A DNA stretch of 64,000 bases from Candidatus Undinarchaeota archaeon (lineage in GTDB: Archaea; SpSt-1190; JASMDC01), in contig CAZFHY010000018.1 of NCBI GenBank assembly GCA_964519305.1, forward strand, positions 24,803-88,802, written 5' to 3'. A program made the position numbers and the translations under genes. The notes under the pieces were generated by a model, which made no database searches, was not told the DNA's origin, and was given only the letters and a program-made list of their open reading frames with translations. Below, piece after piece: positions 20,401 to 32,118 of the stretch; position 1 is the first letter of the stretch, and each line of letters begins with the position of its first letter.

Positions 20401-20491
20401 CGTACCCCTCAAGCGACCGAGGTCGCGTAGAAAAAAGCATGTGGGCAAGAGCGATCCCGGGAAACAGAAAGGCCCTACGAGGTCCCGCTGA
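17405..20491 (+). CDS. multi-PAS + GAF sensor protein with no output domain (probable CTG start at 17405)
   Basis: About 6 PAS repeats (five ending DIT/DVT) and one GAF (NTHEWC). The frame stays open upstream of the ATG at 17582 and encodes 'LIRELGDLRRLITELEEE...SEKRYRSIFE'. Confidence 0.85.
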   Translation: MDSNGSDGRGRLIRELGDLRRLITELEEEELRRTTTERELAASEKRYRSIFELSPETIVMLDRTGKVLDINERVQHLLGYAPEEVIGKRLIALPFLTRESKLKATARFAKRMSGREVGPYELEFLTKDGNHVTGRVQATPIKDEEGRITGDLVMVSDITARKDAEERRLYDRRLYKGIADNTRDGLVVIIGGKISYVNDRVKQILGYSKSELEGMNGLDIAPPEEHDRMKEFMGRVLRKGAPPEMLAFWAVCKNGARRYVQYRYSSLHLGEGEDGYLVVITDITERKRAEDELAKSEDRFSTIFHTAPVSLWEEDLSEVKEAVDRVKASGVTDFRRYLEGHPEFIQKAAGMVKVVDVNEATLRMYGARTKEELLGSLNKVFTPESFDVFREELIAIEGGKTYFEAEAVNKTLQGKRMDIMITLSIPSGTTGFNSLIVGIIDITARKHMEQELKGSRALYKTVTESTKDGLVLIREGHMVYANDQVCDILGYSHEELMGLSGLDIAVPEERPRLMGFMKRILREGEPPGELEFWIVRKDGERRCIQYRYSPVAPDEQGAGYLVLVTDVTTRKHAEDELNSWLLLEKVIADISSRFVGVYDIDEAINDTLEDMGTMSGAGRAYMFLISEDGTTMDNTHEWCAEGIASRKVDLKGVPSSTFPWIMGTLRHGEAVHIPDVARLPPKAKGEMRALEEQGVRSLLALPLMVHGKLAGSLGLDNLDEGGEWHEDILTLLKRTSRVISNALERRNAEEAIVMSERKYRTLVETLPQRVFHKDLDSVYISCNESYARDIGLSPDEIAGKTDYEFYPKTLAEKYRADDRRIMKNGRIEELEERYIKHGKEIWVRTVKVPVKDEDGNVIGVMGVFSDITDEKRARDELRREHELLSIVAETTPAAIVVVDRKGRITFANPRAEDVLGLKKDEITQLTYNAPDWKITAIDGTPLPEEQLPFRVVRDSKRPQSGILLAIEWPGGERVGISADGAPVMDASGEVDAVVFALKNVPLKRPRSRRKKHVGKSDPGKQKGPTRSR

Positions 20492-20525
20492 CAGCTTTAT
20501 TAAGCATGAAAGAGCATTTTGTGGT

Positions 20526-20843
20526 ATGGTCCTCAAGAAGCTCTCCCGCCTTCTCGCACCCGAGGTTTTCAACGAACTCGAATCGCTCCGCTCACACAAT
20601 GAACAGCTAGTGGTCATTCAGCGGTACAGTGACGTCGAGAAGACGAAGCTCCACGAAGAGAACCAGCTCCTTGCCCGGCGCCATGTAGAGACTAAACGGT
20701 TGCTAGCCGATATGATCGCAGGTTTCGAGGATATCTTCGAGCAACAGTTCATCTCGCAACGTGATGCCCTCCCGCCCGTCGAGCAGAACGAGTTCCCTGA
20801 GACGGCCGAGATCGAGAACGATGACGAGGATTGGCGTATCTAG
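20526..20843 (+). CDS. small coiled-coil protein with acidic tail
   Basis: Heptad-like helix; TTTATTAA about 25 nt upstream of the ATG at 20526. Confidence 0.6.
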   Translation: MVLKKLSRLLAPEVFNELESLRSHNEQLVVIQRYSDVEKTKLHEENQLLARRHVETKRLLADMIAGFEDIFEQQFISQRDALPPVEQNEFPETAEIENDDEDWRI

Positions 20844-20888
20844 ACGGTTCGTGAACTCCTACCACAATCCTGGCGGAAAAAAATTCCT

Positions 20889-21677
20889 TTAGCCCGATTC
20901 TTCCTGAGGGGTCCAGAACTGGGCGTTCTCGGGCGTAGCTTGCTGTTCGCCACCTTGATAGGCCGTCTGGTCCGTGGCCGCCGGGACGAAGAAAGGACCG
21001 CCCGCAAATCCTTCCTGGGCGCCCGCTGCCGCGCCCTCGGTACCCCACGCGGCGGGTTGCTGCTGAGCTGCCGCCTCGTTCCCGGCCCATCCGGGTTCGG
21101 TAGGTGCGAACTGGAAACGCATGTCAGTGAGCTCATCCGATGAGCCGGATTTGTAGTACTGGGACATCAGCTCATCATCCTCTACCATCTCAGCGGCCTT
21201 ACCCTTCTCGGGTTCGCCCTCCTGGATGCTCTTCACCAGCATCCCGACACCTGCGAGGAACAGGAGCAAGGGGGCGATCATCACTACCTTGACCATCAAT
21301 GACGGATTAGTGTAATAGTAGTAGGTGATCTTGCCGAAGAGGTTGAATCCCGGTGCAACCGAGTCATAGCATGTCTGCATGTTCGACTCGTTCTCTATCA
21401 TGGACTTGCAGGTCTGCATCCCGAGACGGGGAGTACTCTGGCCGATCACACCGGCGATGTTGGTTATGCAGGCGTCACGGAGCTCTGGATTGCGTACCTC
21501 GTCGCATGCGTCAAGCGCGCTCGGAGGGTACGACTTGACTGCGTCCTTGGAGACAGCTACGAAGCACGCGTCCCGCTCAGCAGCGTCCTTGATCGAAGCG
21601 CAACGGGACAGGTCATCGGCAGCGGCAGCCAAGAGAAGGACGAGAACTACTGTCAAAACTACCGTTTTGGATTTCAT
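20889..21677 (-). CDS. surface protein: signal peptide, Cys-paired helical repeats, TM, acidic tail (paralogue B)
   Basis: Repeated C-x8-D-x-C units ('ERDAC','LRDAC'), TM 'IAPLLLFLAGV', A/Q/E-rich C-terminus. Confidence 0.75.
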   Translation of the reverse strand: MKSKTVVLTVVLVLLLAAAADDLSRCASIKDAAERDACFVAVSKDAVKSYPPSALDACDEVRNPELRDACITNIAGVIGQSTPRLGMQTCKSMIENESNMQTCYDSVAPGFNLFGKITYYYYTNPSLMVKVVMIAPLLLFLAGVGMLVKSIQEGEPEKGKAAEMVEDDELMSQYYKSGSSDELTDMRFQFAPTEPGWAGNEAAAQQQPAAWGTEGAAAGAQEGFAGGPFFVPAATDQTAYQGGEQQATPENAQFWTPQEESG

Positions 21678-21765
21678 GGTCCTTCCACAATCCCGGGGGG
21701 AATTTATTCTCTATTAATGTATAATAGTCGTTCCTAGTATAAAAAGGTGCCCCGGGGGAATCCGC

Positions 21766-22416
21766 TCACTGCTGGTATTGGAAGCCTTCCATCTGTTGGG
21801 ACGGATCAGTGATCTCGTCCGCCGCTCCGAAGGATATTTCGTTCCCGCCCAAGGACGAGCCGCCCTCGTACCAGAACTGCTGGAACTGGTCGCCTGTACC
21901 TCCGGGCGGAATGTACTCATCGTACATCATCTGGCGTTGCTCTTCGATCTCGGCCTCCTCGGAGGACTTCTTCATGGTGAACGCGATGTAGGCTACACCG
22001 AGGAGGAAGATCAGGAGCGGGATGGACATCACGCCCATGATGATGATGCTTGGGTCGGACCAGTAGAGGAAGCGGATGCGGCCAGTCCCGGAAAAATAGG
22101 GCGAGATACCATCGAAGCACTCGGCCTTGTCCTGCTCGAGATTGTCGCAGATCTCCAACGCTCCAGTCTGGTTCACCGATACGATGTACTTGACGATGGC
22201 GATGTTGCACCTGTCACGGGTAAGCGTGCTCTCGATCATTGCACATGCCGGAGGAGCTTCCTTGGGGAGCGTCGAGGCTATGATGGGGGCGACTTGGTAG
22301 TAGCATTGGTCCCGTTCCTCGGGGGAGGACTGTTTCGGGCACTCTTCGATGAAACGGTAGGAGAGGGCAGGTATCATTAGAATGAGCAAGATGGCCACGA
22401 TAATCCTTCTGCTCAT
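21766..22416 (-). CDS. surface protein: signal peptide, Cys-paired helical repeats, TM, acidic tail (paralogue A)
   Basis: 'ERDQC','TRDRC' repeats and TM 'SIPLLIFLLGV'; same architecture as its neighbour. Confidence 0.75.
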   Translation of the reverse strand: MSRRIIVAILLILMIPALSYRFIEECPKQSSPEERDQCYYQVAPIIASTLPKEAPPACAMIESTLTRDRCNIAIVKYIVSVNQTGALEICDNLEQDKAECFDGISPYFSGTGRIRFLYWSDPSIIIMGVMSIPLLIFLLGVAYIAFTMKKSSEEAEIEEQRQMMYDEYIPPGGTGDQFQQFWYEGGSSLGGNEISFGAADEITDPSQQMEGFQYQQ

Positions 22417-22464
22417 CCGTCTGATATGATGGCTAATCTTTATTAAGGCTAGGTCGAAGGCCGC

Positions 22465-24924
22465 TCACTCCGCGTCGTTAATGACACGTGCGATGGATAC
22501 GACTGTGTTGTCCTCGCGTAGGTCGATGACCCTTACACCGCGGGCCTGTCGTCCTTGCTTTGAGACCTTCCCTGCTTCGAGCTTGATCGTGACGCCCTCG
22601 GACGTGATGACCAGGAACTGCTCGTCCTCGGCGAGGAAGCGCATCCCGACGAGCGTGTCCGAGCGCCCGAGCTTGATCGCGATGATGCCCTTGCCGCCGC
22701 GATGCTGGTGACGCAGCTGACCGGGCGCTACACGCTTACCCTTGCCCTCCGTGGTGACGAAGAGCACATGGCGCTCCTTGTCGACAAGGCCCATTGCCAC
22801 GACCTTGTCGCCACGGGTGAGCTTCATGCCCCGGACCCCCTGCGATGCGCGGCCCTGGGCTCGGACCTCTGTCTCGGGGAAGCAGATCATCATGCCGTAC
22901 TGGCTGGCGAGCACGACCTCCTGGTCGCCGTCGGTGAGGCGCACGTCCACGACGTCGTCGCCCTCTACCACATTGATGGCGCGCAGGCCCTGACGCTTGG
23001 AGCCGTACTCCTTGAGCTCCGTCTTCTTGATGCGGCCCTGGCGGGTTGCGAACACTAAGTGCATCCCCTCTTCATCGAAGTCCTTGACCCGTATCATGGC
23101 CGAGATGATCTCATTCTGGAGCTTGGGGATGACGTTAACGACGGACGTACCTTTGGCCTGACGGCCCAGTTCGGGGACCCGGTAGGCCTTCTCCAGGAAC
23201 ATCTGTCCGTTCTCAGTAAAGAACACCAGGAAATCGTGGGTTGAGCATACCAGGCATTCGGTGACGTAGTCCTCATCTCTCGTGGTCAGCGAGCCTTTGC
23301 CCACGCCGCCGCGACCCTGGACCCGGAAGGCGTCCACCTTCTGACGCTTTATGTAGCCCTGGGAGGTGATGGTGACGACCACGTCCTCCTCGGGGATGAG
23401 CGACTCAATATCGACATCGTCGATCTCGCCGGGGACGATCTCGGTCCGACGCTCGTCGCCGTACTTCTCCTTGAGCTCTACGAGTTCATCCTTGATAATG
23501 GCCAGCCGCTTCTTCTCGTCGGCGAGGATGGCCTCCAGCTCCTTTATGCGCTTGCGCAGTGCCTTGGCCTCGTCCTCCACCTTCTGCCGCTCCATACCGG
23601 TCAGGCGTGAGAGCTGCATGGAGAGGATGGCATTGGCCTGGATCTCGGAGAGCTTGAAGCCCTTCATGAGGCCGCTGCGTGCGGTGTCGACGTCCTTGGC
23701 CTTCCGGATGAGCTCGATGACCTTGTCGAGGTTCTTGAGGGCGATGAGCAGTCCTTCGAGTATGTGGAGGCGCGCTTTGGCCTTCTTGAGCTCGAACTGG
23801 CACCGTCGCGTGACAACGTCGAGGCGGTGGTTGATGAAGTGGCGGATCATCGCCTTGAGAGGGAGCCGTTTGGGCTCGTTGTCCACGAGCGCCACCGTGT
23901 TGACACCGAAGGTGGTCTGCATGGCCGTGTGCTTGAACAGCTGGTTCTGGACCACGTCGAGCTGTGCGTCGCGGGAGAGCTCGATGACGACACGCATTCC
24001 GCTCCTGTCCGATTCGTCACGGATATTCGAGATGCCGTTGATCTTCTTATGGTTGGCAAGCTCGGCCATCTTCTCTATGAGGTTGGCCTTGTTGACGTAG
24101 TAGGGGAGCTCGGTGATGATGATGGCATGGCGGCCCTTGCGGACCTCCTCTACCTGGGTGCGTGCCTTGACGATGATGCGCCCGCTGCCGTGCTCGTAGG
24201 CGTTGCGGATACCGGCCAGTCCCATGATGATGCCGCCAGTGGGGAAGTCGGGACCCTTGACTATCTGCATGATCTCGTCCAGTTCGACTTCCGGCTTGTC
24301 GATCACCAGCACGCATGCGTCCAGGATCTCGCGCAGGTTGTGCGGCGGGATGTTCGTGGCCATGCCCACGGCGATACCTGAGGAACCGTTGAGGAGGAGA
24401 TTGGGAAGTATGGAGGGGAGCACGGTGGGCTCTTGGAGGCTGTCGTCGAAGTTGGGACGGAAGTCCACTGTCTCCTTGTCGATGTCCTTGAGCAGCTCGA
24501 TGGCGAGCTTTGTGAGCCGAGCCTCAGTGTAACGCATGGCGGCGGCCCGGTCACCGTCGATGGAACCGAAGTTGCCGTGGCCGTCCACAAGGAGGTAGCG
24601 TAGGGAGAAGGGCTGGGCCATCCGGACCATGGTGTCGTAGACCGCTGTGTCGCCGTGGGGGTGGTACTTACCCAGCACCTCGCCCACTACGCGGGCTGAC
24701 TTCTTGTGGGCCTTGTTCGGAGTGAGCCCGAGCTCCATCATGGCGAAGAGAATGCGCCGGTGCACGGGCTTGAGCCCGTCCCGGACATCGGGCAGCGCCC
24801 TGCCGACGATCACGCTCATGGCATAGTCGATATAGGACTTCTGCATCTCGTCCTCGATCTCGATATTGAGGGTCTTTGCCGAGACCGGGGCCGGCTTCGT
24901 ATCCTTGCTCTTCTTCTTTGCCAT
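22465..24924 (-). CDS. gyrA: DNA gyrase subunit A
   Basis: [29 protein letters not shown] catalytic Tyr, GyrA-box QGRGGVG and beta-pinwheel CTD. Confidence 0.97.
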   Translation of the reverse strand: MAKKKSKDTKPAPVSAKTLNIEIEDEMQKSYIDYAMSVIVGRALPDVRDGLKPVHRRILFAMMELGLTPNKAHKKSARVVGEVLGKYHPHGDTAVYDTMVRMAQPFSLRYLLVDGHGNFGSIDGDRAAAMRYTEARLTKLAIELLKDIDKETVDFRPNFDDSLQEPTVLPSILPNLLLNGSSGIAVGMATNIPPHNLREILDACVLVIDKPEVELDEIMQIVKGPDFPTGGIIMGLAGIRNAYEHGSGRIIVKARTQVEEVRKGRHAIIITELPYYVNKANLIEKMAELANHKKINGISNIRDESDRSGMRVVIELSRDAQLDVVQNQLFKHTAMQTTFGVNTVALVDNEPKRLPLKAMIRHFINHRLDVVTRRCQFELKKAKARLHILEGLLIALKNLDKVIELIRKAKDVDTARSGLMKGFKLSEIQANAILSMQLSRLTGMERQKVEDEAKALRKRIKELEAILADEKKRLAIIKDELVELKEKYGDERRTEIVPGEIDDVDIESLIPEEDVVVTITSQGYIKRQKVDAFRVQGRGGVGKGSLTTRDEDYVTECLVCSTHDFLVFFTENGQMFLEKAYRVPELGRQAKGTSVVNVIPKLQNEIISAMIRVKDFDEEGMHLVFATRQGRIKKTELKEYGSKRQGLRAINVVEGDDVVDVRLTDGDQEVVLASQYGMMICFPETEVRAQGRASQGVRGMKLTRGDKVVAMGLVDKERHVLFVTTEGKGKRVAPGQLRHQHRGGKGIIAIKLGRSDTLVGMRFLAEDEQFLVITSEGVTIKLEAGKVSKQGRQARGVRVIDLREDNTVVSIARVINDAE

Positions 24925-24934
24925 GCTCGCTCCC

Positions 24935-26860
<1,926 letters not shown>

Positions 26861-27005
26861 CTAGCCGAAATTCGAGGGTTTACCCTGAGTGGCCAACTAT
26901 TTTCGCAGAATATCGAGTCATTCTTCGCCGGTTACCGTAGAAGTGTGGTATGCAGTATCCAGGTGATCGCTGAGAGGGTGCTTTTAGGGCCCTGAGATGG
27001 GCATT

Positions 27006-27605
27006 TTATGCTCGAGTTCCGTCGTGAAGTCGGTCCAGATCATCGACCCCAAGAAGCTCCATCGCCGCTGCTGTGGCGGCTAGACGAGCAGTGGCCCGGG
27101 TGTGGCCTGCACCCACGACGACGACGTCATCGTGGCCGGGCTTCCTTCCCTTCAGGATCGAACGGAGCGTCCGTCGGTTAAAGTGGATGCCCTCGGGCAT
27201 GACCTGTCCGCGACCGGGCTCCGTGACGAACACCGATGCACCACTACCGCCAGCTTCGATAGCGGCATCGTGCAGAGCGATAGTATCAAGAAGACGGTCC
27301 CGGGCACCGCGCACAACGATTAGGGCGTGACGCCCAGGTGCAGTGATACCGCTGGCATTGACGAGCACCGGCCCGTCGATGGCCGCACGCGTGACCGCAT
27401 GACCCTTATCTGAGACCTCGTGGCCTGTTGATGAAGGGTGCGCGAGGCCTTTATCGACCAGTCGGGTTAGGAGCTTTCTCATATGCCCGCTCCCCAGCTC
27501 CATCTCATCGCCCAGACGTTTCCTCCCCGCGGCCTTGCGGGCCAGGAGGTGGAGCGCGAGATAGGCGTGGGCGGGGCAATCGTGGGGAGAGGGGCTCTTT
27601 ACCAT
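27006..27605 (-). CDS. winged-HTH protein (DUF4443-like archaeal regulator)
   Basis: N-terminal 'GRKRLGDEMELGSGHMRKLLTRL' wHTH; C-terminal 'DAAIEAGGSGA' domain. Confidence 0.6.
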   Translation of the reverse strand: MVKSPSPHDCPAHAYLALHLLARKAAGRKRLGDEMELGSGHMRKLLTRLVDKGLAHPSSTGHEVSDKGHAVTRAAIDGPVLVNASGITAPGRHALIVVRGARDRLLDTIALHDAAIEAGGSGASVFVTEPGRGQVMPEGIHFNRRTLRSILKGRKPGHDDVVVVGAGHTRATARLAATAAAMELLGVDDLDRLHDGTRA

Positions 27606-27618
27606 CTTGCAGAGCTCC

Positions 27619-28143
27619 CTAGAGGAGTACGGCGTAGCTGAGCGCCCCCGCGGCCGCTATGGCATAGCCAAGGAAGCCGCCGATGTCGTACCCGTCCTTG
27701 TCATCATGGTCGTGATCGTGGTCCTTCTTGTAGCCACGGTCGTCATCATCGTCATCGTGCTTGTGATCGTCGTCGTAGTCGTCCTTCGTCTTCTTCTTCT
27801 GTTCGGCTGCCGGGTGGGCGTGCTTGGATTGGGGATCGACCTCTTTCTTTTCGGACCCCTTCTTCTTCGACTTGCCCTTCGTTGACTTGCTGGGGCCGAA
27901 GAAATGCTTGTCGAGGGAATCGCCGACCTCCTCGTTGTACTTCTTCTTACCCTGCTCCTTTAGGACGTAGGATGAGTAACCCATGTGGTATCCGAGTCCG
28001 CTCGTGATGACATAGGCGCCTTTTATTCCGGGGAAGGCGGCCTCGAGAAGAGGCGTAGCGTGGATACCGGCGAGCATACCGAGTGTGCAGTATACGGTCC
28101 GCTCCCAGTACACTCCTAGATCCTCAGTAAAGAACTCTGACAT
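27619..28143 (-). CDS. hypothetical membrane protein with Lys-rich then Asp/His-rich tract
   Basis: DDYDDDHKHDDDDDDRGYKKDHDHDHDDKD followed by a C-terminal hydrophobic helix. Confidence 0.65.
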   Translation of the reverse strand: MSEFFTEDLGVYWERTVYCTLGMLAGIHATPLLEAAFPGIKGAYVITSGLGYHMGYSSYVLKEQGKKKYNEEVGDSLDKHFFGPSKSTKGKSKKKGSEKKEVDPQSKHAHPAAEQKKKTKDDYDDDHKHDDDDDDRGYKKDHDHDHDDKDGYDIGGFLGYAIAAAGALSYAVLL

Positions 28144-28431
28144 CCTTCTCACCCGTTCTTCTGGGCCGGTTCATCCCACAATGTTTAAAAGTATTTCGTA
28201 TTTCGTGGCCGCGGCCCCCATTCGCGAGAGTTTTGGGGTCTAATGGGCGATAAAACGGATAATCTGGCGGTTATTTGGTCAACGGGAGTATATGGTCGGT
28301 TATGGCCTCCTTATCGAAAGGATTATCCCGTACGTTATGCTGGTTCTGTCCACAATCCACTGTACAGAGCTAGAACTAATGGAATAGATGAGGGGGCATA
28401 TCGCCCCCGTGTATCGACGTGCGCTCCGGTT

Positions 28432-29562
28432 TCAGATCTTGATCCTGTCGGTCATGCCCACGGACCCGAAGGCCTTCATGAACATAGCGGCACCGAAGTA
28501 GGCACGTGCCTCAAGGGCCTTGAGAGTATCGGGGTTCAGGGCGTGGAGCTCATCGAAGAACTGCTTGATGGCGAACTTCGAGTACTTGCCGAACACCTCG
28601 ATATCCCGCGTCATACCCTTCTTGGCGGCCTCCTCGCTATAGGTGTCAAGGGTCCAGCTCCAGATCTTCTGGTACAGTTCGGGCTCGAACACTTCGAGGG
28701 TCTCCCAGACGATGTTCATCCAGAACGTACCCACGTTCCCCTTGAGGATGTGACCCTTGGGGAAGTCGCTGTTGATGAGCGGGAGGGGCGTTCCGGTGAT
28801 GCCGTGCTGGGCGACCTTCACGTTCATGGGGGCGATGGCCTTAGCGATGTCCACCGTGCGGGGGATGTTGATGGTCACCTGCTCGATAGGATTGCCGTTC
28901 TCATCGTAGATGTTGCCGTGAGTAGAGCCGTTGGCGATGGCCAGGAGGTCAGGCTCGACACCGTTCTCCTTGAGCGCCTTGATGTAGGTGGCGGCCTCGT
29001 CCACTGTGGTGAGCACAAGTCCACTGGTGTCCTTCTTCCCCACCTCGCCGACCTCGCACTCCAGGCCGAAGTCCTTGGAGCCGTAGTGCTCGGCGATGAA
29101 GTGCGCGAGCTCCGTGGTCACGGCGATGTTCTTGGCAAGCTCCTCCAGGGTGGTCTTACCGTCGTGGTCGAATAGGTAGGATGCATCGATGGCGAACGAG
29201 GTGAAGCCGGCATCGATGTGGCCCTTGATGAGCTCCTTGGTGGCGGCAACGTCACCCGCGTCACCCTTCTTGAGGGTTATATGGTCAGCGTGGAGCGCCC
29301 AGAAGGGCCAACCGACCTCGTCGGCCACTTCCTTCACGGCGGTGGCGTAGGAAGCGGGAGAGTGGCCTGTGTAGCCGCGCTCTAGGTTGCACTCGCTACG
29401 GGCCAGCTCGAAGATAATAGGCGCTTTAAGGTCCTTTGCAGCGCGCAGGATGCCGCGTACTACGCCGGGCACGACGCGTGTGTTGGCGGCCATGATGATG
29501 GCCTTCTCGTTGATCAGGGACTGGATGATGCGGTTTCCGGGTTTGGGCGGGTTTGTCGCCAT
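28432..29562 (-). CDS. fba: class II fructose-bisphosphate aldolase
   Basis: LHADH, GFTSFAIDAS, ECEVGEVG, AIANGSTHG, AQHGITG and KGNVGT motifs. Confidence 0.9.
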   Translation of the reverse strand: MATNPPKPGNRIIQSLINEKAIIMAANTRVVPGVVRGILRAAKDLKAPIIFELARSECNLERGYTGHSPASYATAVKEVADEVGWPFWALHADHITLKKGDAGDVAATKELIKGHIDAGFTSFAIDASYLFDHDGKTTLEELAKNIAVTTELAHFIAEHYGSKDFGLECEVGEVGKKDTSGLVLTTVDEAATYIKALKENGVEPDLLAIANGSTHGNIYDENGNPIEQVTINIPRTVDIAKAIAPMNVKVAQHGITGTPLPLINSDFPKGHILKGNVGTFWMNIVWETLEVFEPELYQKIWSWTLDTYSEEAAKKGMTRDIEVFGKYSKFAIKQFFDELHALNPDTLKALEARAYFGAAMFMKAFGSVGMTDRIKI

Positions 29563-29678
29563 GGTAATCGTCTCCAATAGGTCTATCCTGTGTAACGCTC
29601 AACGAGCAAGGATTTTTAATTGCATCGGTCGGTGCGCGCCTCGACCGCAGGCGGTAGAGGCCCGCTCTACTCGACTGG

Positions 29679-29713
29679 AAAAAAAGAGGGGCGGGACCTT
29701 ATAGGCCCCGCCC
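29679..29713 (-). terminator. hairpin plus U-tract terminator after trpB2
   Basis: Near-perfect GGGCGGGGCCT/AGGTCCCGCCC stem followed by T7 on the minus strand. Confidence 0.6.
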
Positions 29714-29742
29714 GCGTCCGTACGTCCGTCGTTCCGTTCCCC

Positions 29743-31047
29743 TTACTTCAGCTTGCCTTCCAAGTAGGCCTCGTACCCGCCCAGGTCCAGAAGTCCGTGA
29801 CCCGAGAGGTTGAACACGATGACGCGTTCCTCGTTCGCCTCCTTGGCGGCCTTTGCCTCGCGGATGGCAGCGGCCACCGCGTGAGCGGTCTCCGGGGCGA
29901 TAAGGATGCCCTCGCTCTTGGCGAAAATGTCACCAGCAAGGAACGCCTCCTTCTGCTCTACGGCGATCGCGTCGATGATCTTCTGATCGTTGAGGGCGCT
30001 GACGATGGGCGCGTCCCCGTGGTATCGCAGTCCGCCCGCGTAGATCGGCGGGGGCACGAAGTCGTGGCCCAGGCTGTTCATCTTGAGCAGCGGTGTCAGG
30101 CAGGCCGTATCCCCGTGATCGTACTTGTACGGGCCCTTGGTGAGGGTCGGTACGGTGGTCGGTTCCACACCGAGGAACCTCGTTCCCTTCATCTCCCCTC
30201 TCAGCGTCTTGCCCACGGATGGTAGCACGAACCCTCCGAAGTTGGATCCACCGCCGACGCACCCGATGAGCACGTCCGGTTTCTCGTCCGCCATCTTCAG
30301 CTGCGCGATCAGCTCCTGACCGATGACCGTCTGGTGCATTAGCACGTGGTTGAGCACCGAGCCGAGCGAGTAGCAGATATCCTCGTTCTTAGCGGCCGTC
30401 TCGACGGCCTCGCTGATGGCGATCCCCAGGCTCCCCGGGTGTTCCGGGTCCTTGGCGAGGAGGGCCTTGCCAGACTCCGTCTTCTGGCTCGGCGAGGCGT
30501 AGACGGTCGAGCCGTACATCTGCATGAGCGTCCGCCTGTAGGGCTTCTGCTGGTAGGAACAGCGCACCATGAACACCGTGCAGTCCAGGTTGAACATCGA
30601 GCATCCGAGCGAGAGCGCCGAGCCCCACTGGCCAGCGCCGGTCTCGGTGGCGATGCCCGATAGTCCGGCCTCGGCCGCGTAATAGGCCTGGGCGATGGCC
30701 GTGTTGGACTTGTGGCTCCCGGTGAGCGACACGTCCTCGCGCTTGAAGTAGATACGTGCGGGTGTGTTGAGCACCTTTTCGAGCCGTCTTGCCCGGTATA
30801 GCGGTGTGGGCCTGCCGTTCCGCAGGTACGCTGCTCGTACCTCGTCCGGGATGTCGATGTACCGTTCCTGGCTCACCTCCTGCTTGATGATCTCCATGGG
30901 GAAGATCGGTGCCAGCGCCTCGGGGCCGATGGGCTCGTTGGTAGCCGGATTCAGTGGCGGAGGCAACGGCTCCGGGAGGTCCGCCTGGATGTTGTAGTAA
31001 CGCTTTGGTACGTCGTTCTCGTCAAGTATGAACCGTTCCTTTGCCAT
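29743..31047 (-). CDS. trpB2: tryptophan synthase beta chain, TrpB2 type
   Basis: GSHKSNTA (PLP Lys), [30 protein letters not shown] and FNLSGHG motifs. Confidence 0.95.
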   Translation of the reverse strand: MAKERFILDENDVPKRYYNIQADLPEPLPPPLNPATNEPIGPEALAPIFPMEIIKQEVSQERYIDIPDEVRAAYLRNGRPTPLYRARRLEKVLNTPARIYFKREDVSLTGSHKSNTAIAQAYYAAEAGLSGIATETGAGQWGSALSLGCSMFNLDCTVFMVRCSYQQKPYRRTLMQMYGSTVYASPSQKTESGKALLAKDPEHPGSLGIAISEAVETAAKNEDICYSLGSVLNHVLMHQTVIGQELIAQLKMADEKPDVLIGCVGGGSNFGGFVLPSVGKTLRGEMKGTRFLGVEPTTVPTLTKGPYKYDHGDTACLTPLLKMNSLGHDFVPPPIYAGGLRYHGDAPIVSALNDQKIIDAIAVEQKEAFLAGDIFAKSEGILIAPETAHAVAAAIREAKAAKEANEERVIVFNLSGHGLLDLGGYEAYLEGKLK

Positions 31048-31090
31048 ATCAATCCCCTCGAGATGATTTCTGTTAGTTCTCGCAGTAAAA

Positions 31091-31106
31091 TGTACATTTG
31101 TGAACA
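31091..31106. promoter_or_regulatory. tandem TRP boxes (TrpY operator)
   Basis: TGTACA-N4-TGAACA between divergent trpB2 and trpY; the first box lies inside the palindrome AAATGTACATTT. Confidence 0.75.
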
Positions 31107-31136
31107 AATATAAACTTATTCGTGCATTTATTATCT

Positions 31137-31640
31137 ATGTGGTCAGCGGTTAGTGATCGGTTCAACGGACGCAGGGCACAGCTCAGGGTGGCGCGTGCGC
31201 TCTACGCCCGGGGGCTGGCCGTGAACGATGAGGGCCGTGTCCACACGAGCGGTGTCCCCGTCTCCCATGCCGGACTGGCCCGAACCATCGGTGTCGACCG
31301 CCGTGTCGTGGACCAGACCTGTCGCACCATCCTCGACGATACCATCCTCAGCGCCGTATTCCGGAACCTGCGTCCCCAGCCTGCACTGCGGGACGTGGCG
31401 TCACATCTAGGGCTGGTGGCCCTGCGCATCTCCCCGGACGATGCTGCGAAGCGGGGTCTGCTCTCGCGTATATCGACTGCCATCGCAGAGTTCGACGTTG
31501 GTATCCACCAGGCCATCGCCGAGGACCCTTCCTTCAACGAGGAGCCCTACCTACTTCTCGTGCTCGACAAGGAGCTTCCGGACGGGCTGGTCAAGCGACT
31601 GCGCCGTGTCGAGGGTGTGAGGAGCATCACGATCGTGTGA
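31137..31640 (+). CDS. trpY: HTH + ACT amino-acid regulator (COG2150, TrpY-like)
   Basis: 'LARTIGVDRRVV' HTH and C-terminal ACT-like domain; divergent from trpB2 across TRP boxes. Confidence 0.75.
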   Translation: MWSAVSDRFNGRRAQLRVARALYARGLAVNDEGRVHTSGVPVSHAGLARTIGVDRRVVDQTCRTILDDTILSAVFRNLRPQPALRDVASHLGLVALRISPDDAAKRGLLSRISTAIAEFDVGIHQAIAEDPSFNEEPYLLLVLDKELPDGLVKRLRRVEGVRSITIV

Positions 31641-31692
31641 GCGCTCCCGGCCACCATCACTCTTTTAAACGTGTCCGTGCCAGCGGCAGCCC

Positions 31693-32118
31693 ATGGACGC
31701 AGTCATGCTCTCGCTCCTTGCATCGTTCTTCTGGGGGACGACCGTTGTGGCCGAGAAGGTCATCGTCGACCTCGATGTCGACATCCGAACGCTCGCCTGC
31801 CTCAAGCACCTCATCGGGAGCGTTTGCTTCATGGCCTGGCTGATGGCGTCCTCGGGAGGACGGCAGCTCATCGTGCCCCGCGCAGCCTGGACCCCGCTCA
31901 TGTACACGGCCGTGATCGGCTCGTTCCTAGGCTTCTGGTTCTACTTCAGCGCCCTGGAGCTCGAGGACTCTTCAAAAGTGGCCTTCATCTCATCGACTTA
32001 CCCGCTCTTCGCCGTGCTCACAGCGCTTGTGGTCCTCAACGAGGACGTGAACTACACATTCCTGGCGGGTGGTGGCGGGCTCATCCTGACCGGTGTCTAT
32101 ATCATATCGCAGGCATGA
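31693..32118 (+). CDS. EamA/DMT-family single-domain transporter
   Basis: About 5 TM; 'FYFSALELEDSSKVAFISSTYPLFAVL...LNE' signature. Confidence 0.85.
   Translation: MDAVMLSLLASFFWGTTVVAEKVIVDLDVDIRTLACLKHLIGSVCFMAWLMASSGGRQLIVPRAAWTPLMYTAVIGSFLGFWFYFSALELEDSSKVAFISSTYPLFAVLTALVVLNEDVNYTFLAGGGGLILTGVYIISQA

Noticed and set aside
20440-20843. Read-through or frameshift linking the PAS protein to a downstream kinase domain
   Set aside because: The downstream ORF has its own TATA box and no H-box or HATPase motifs.
28150-28430. Relatively AT-rich 280-nt intergenic stretch as a replication origin or ncRNA
   Set aside because: No ORB-like repeats or cdc6 nearby; only a short hairpin and a 7-nt tandem repeat, which is not enough to call.
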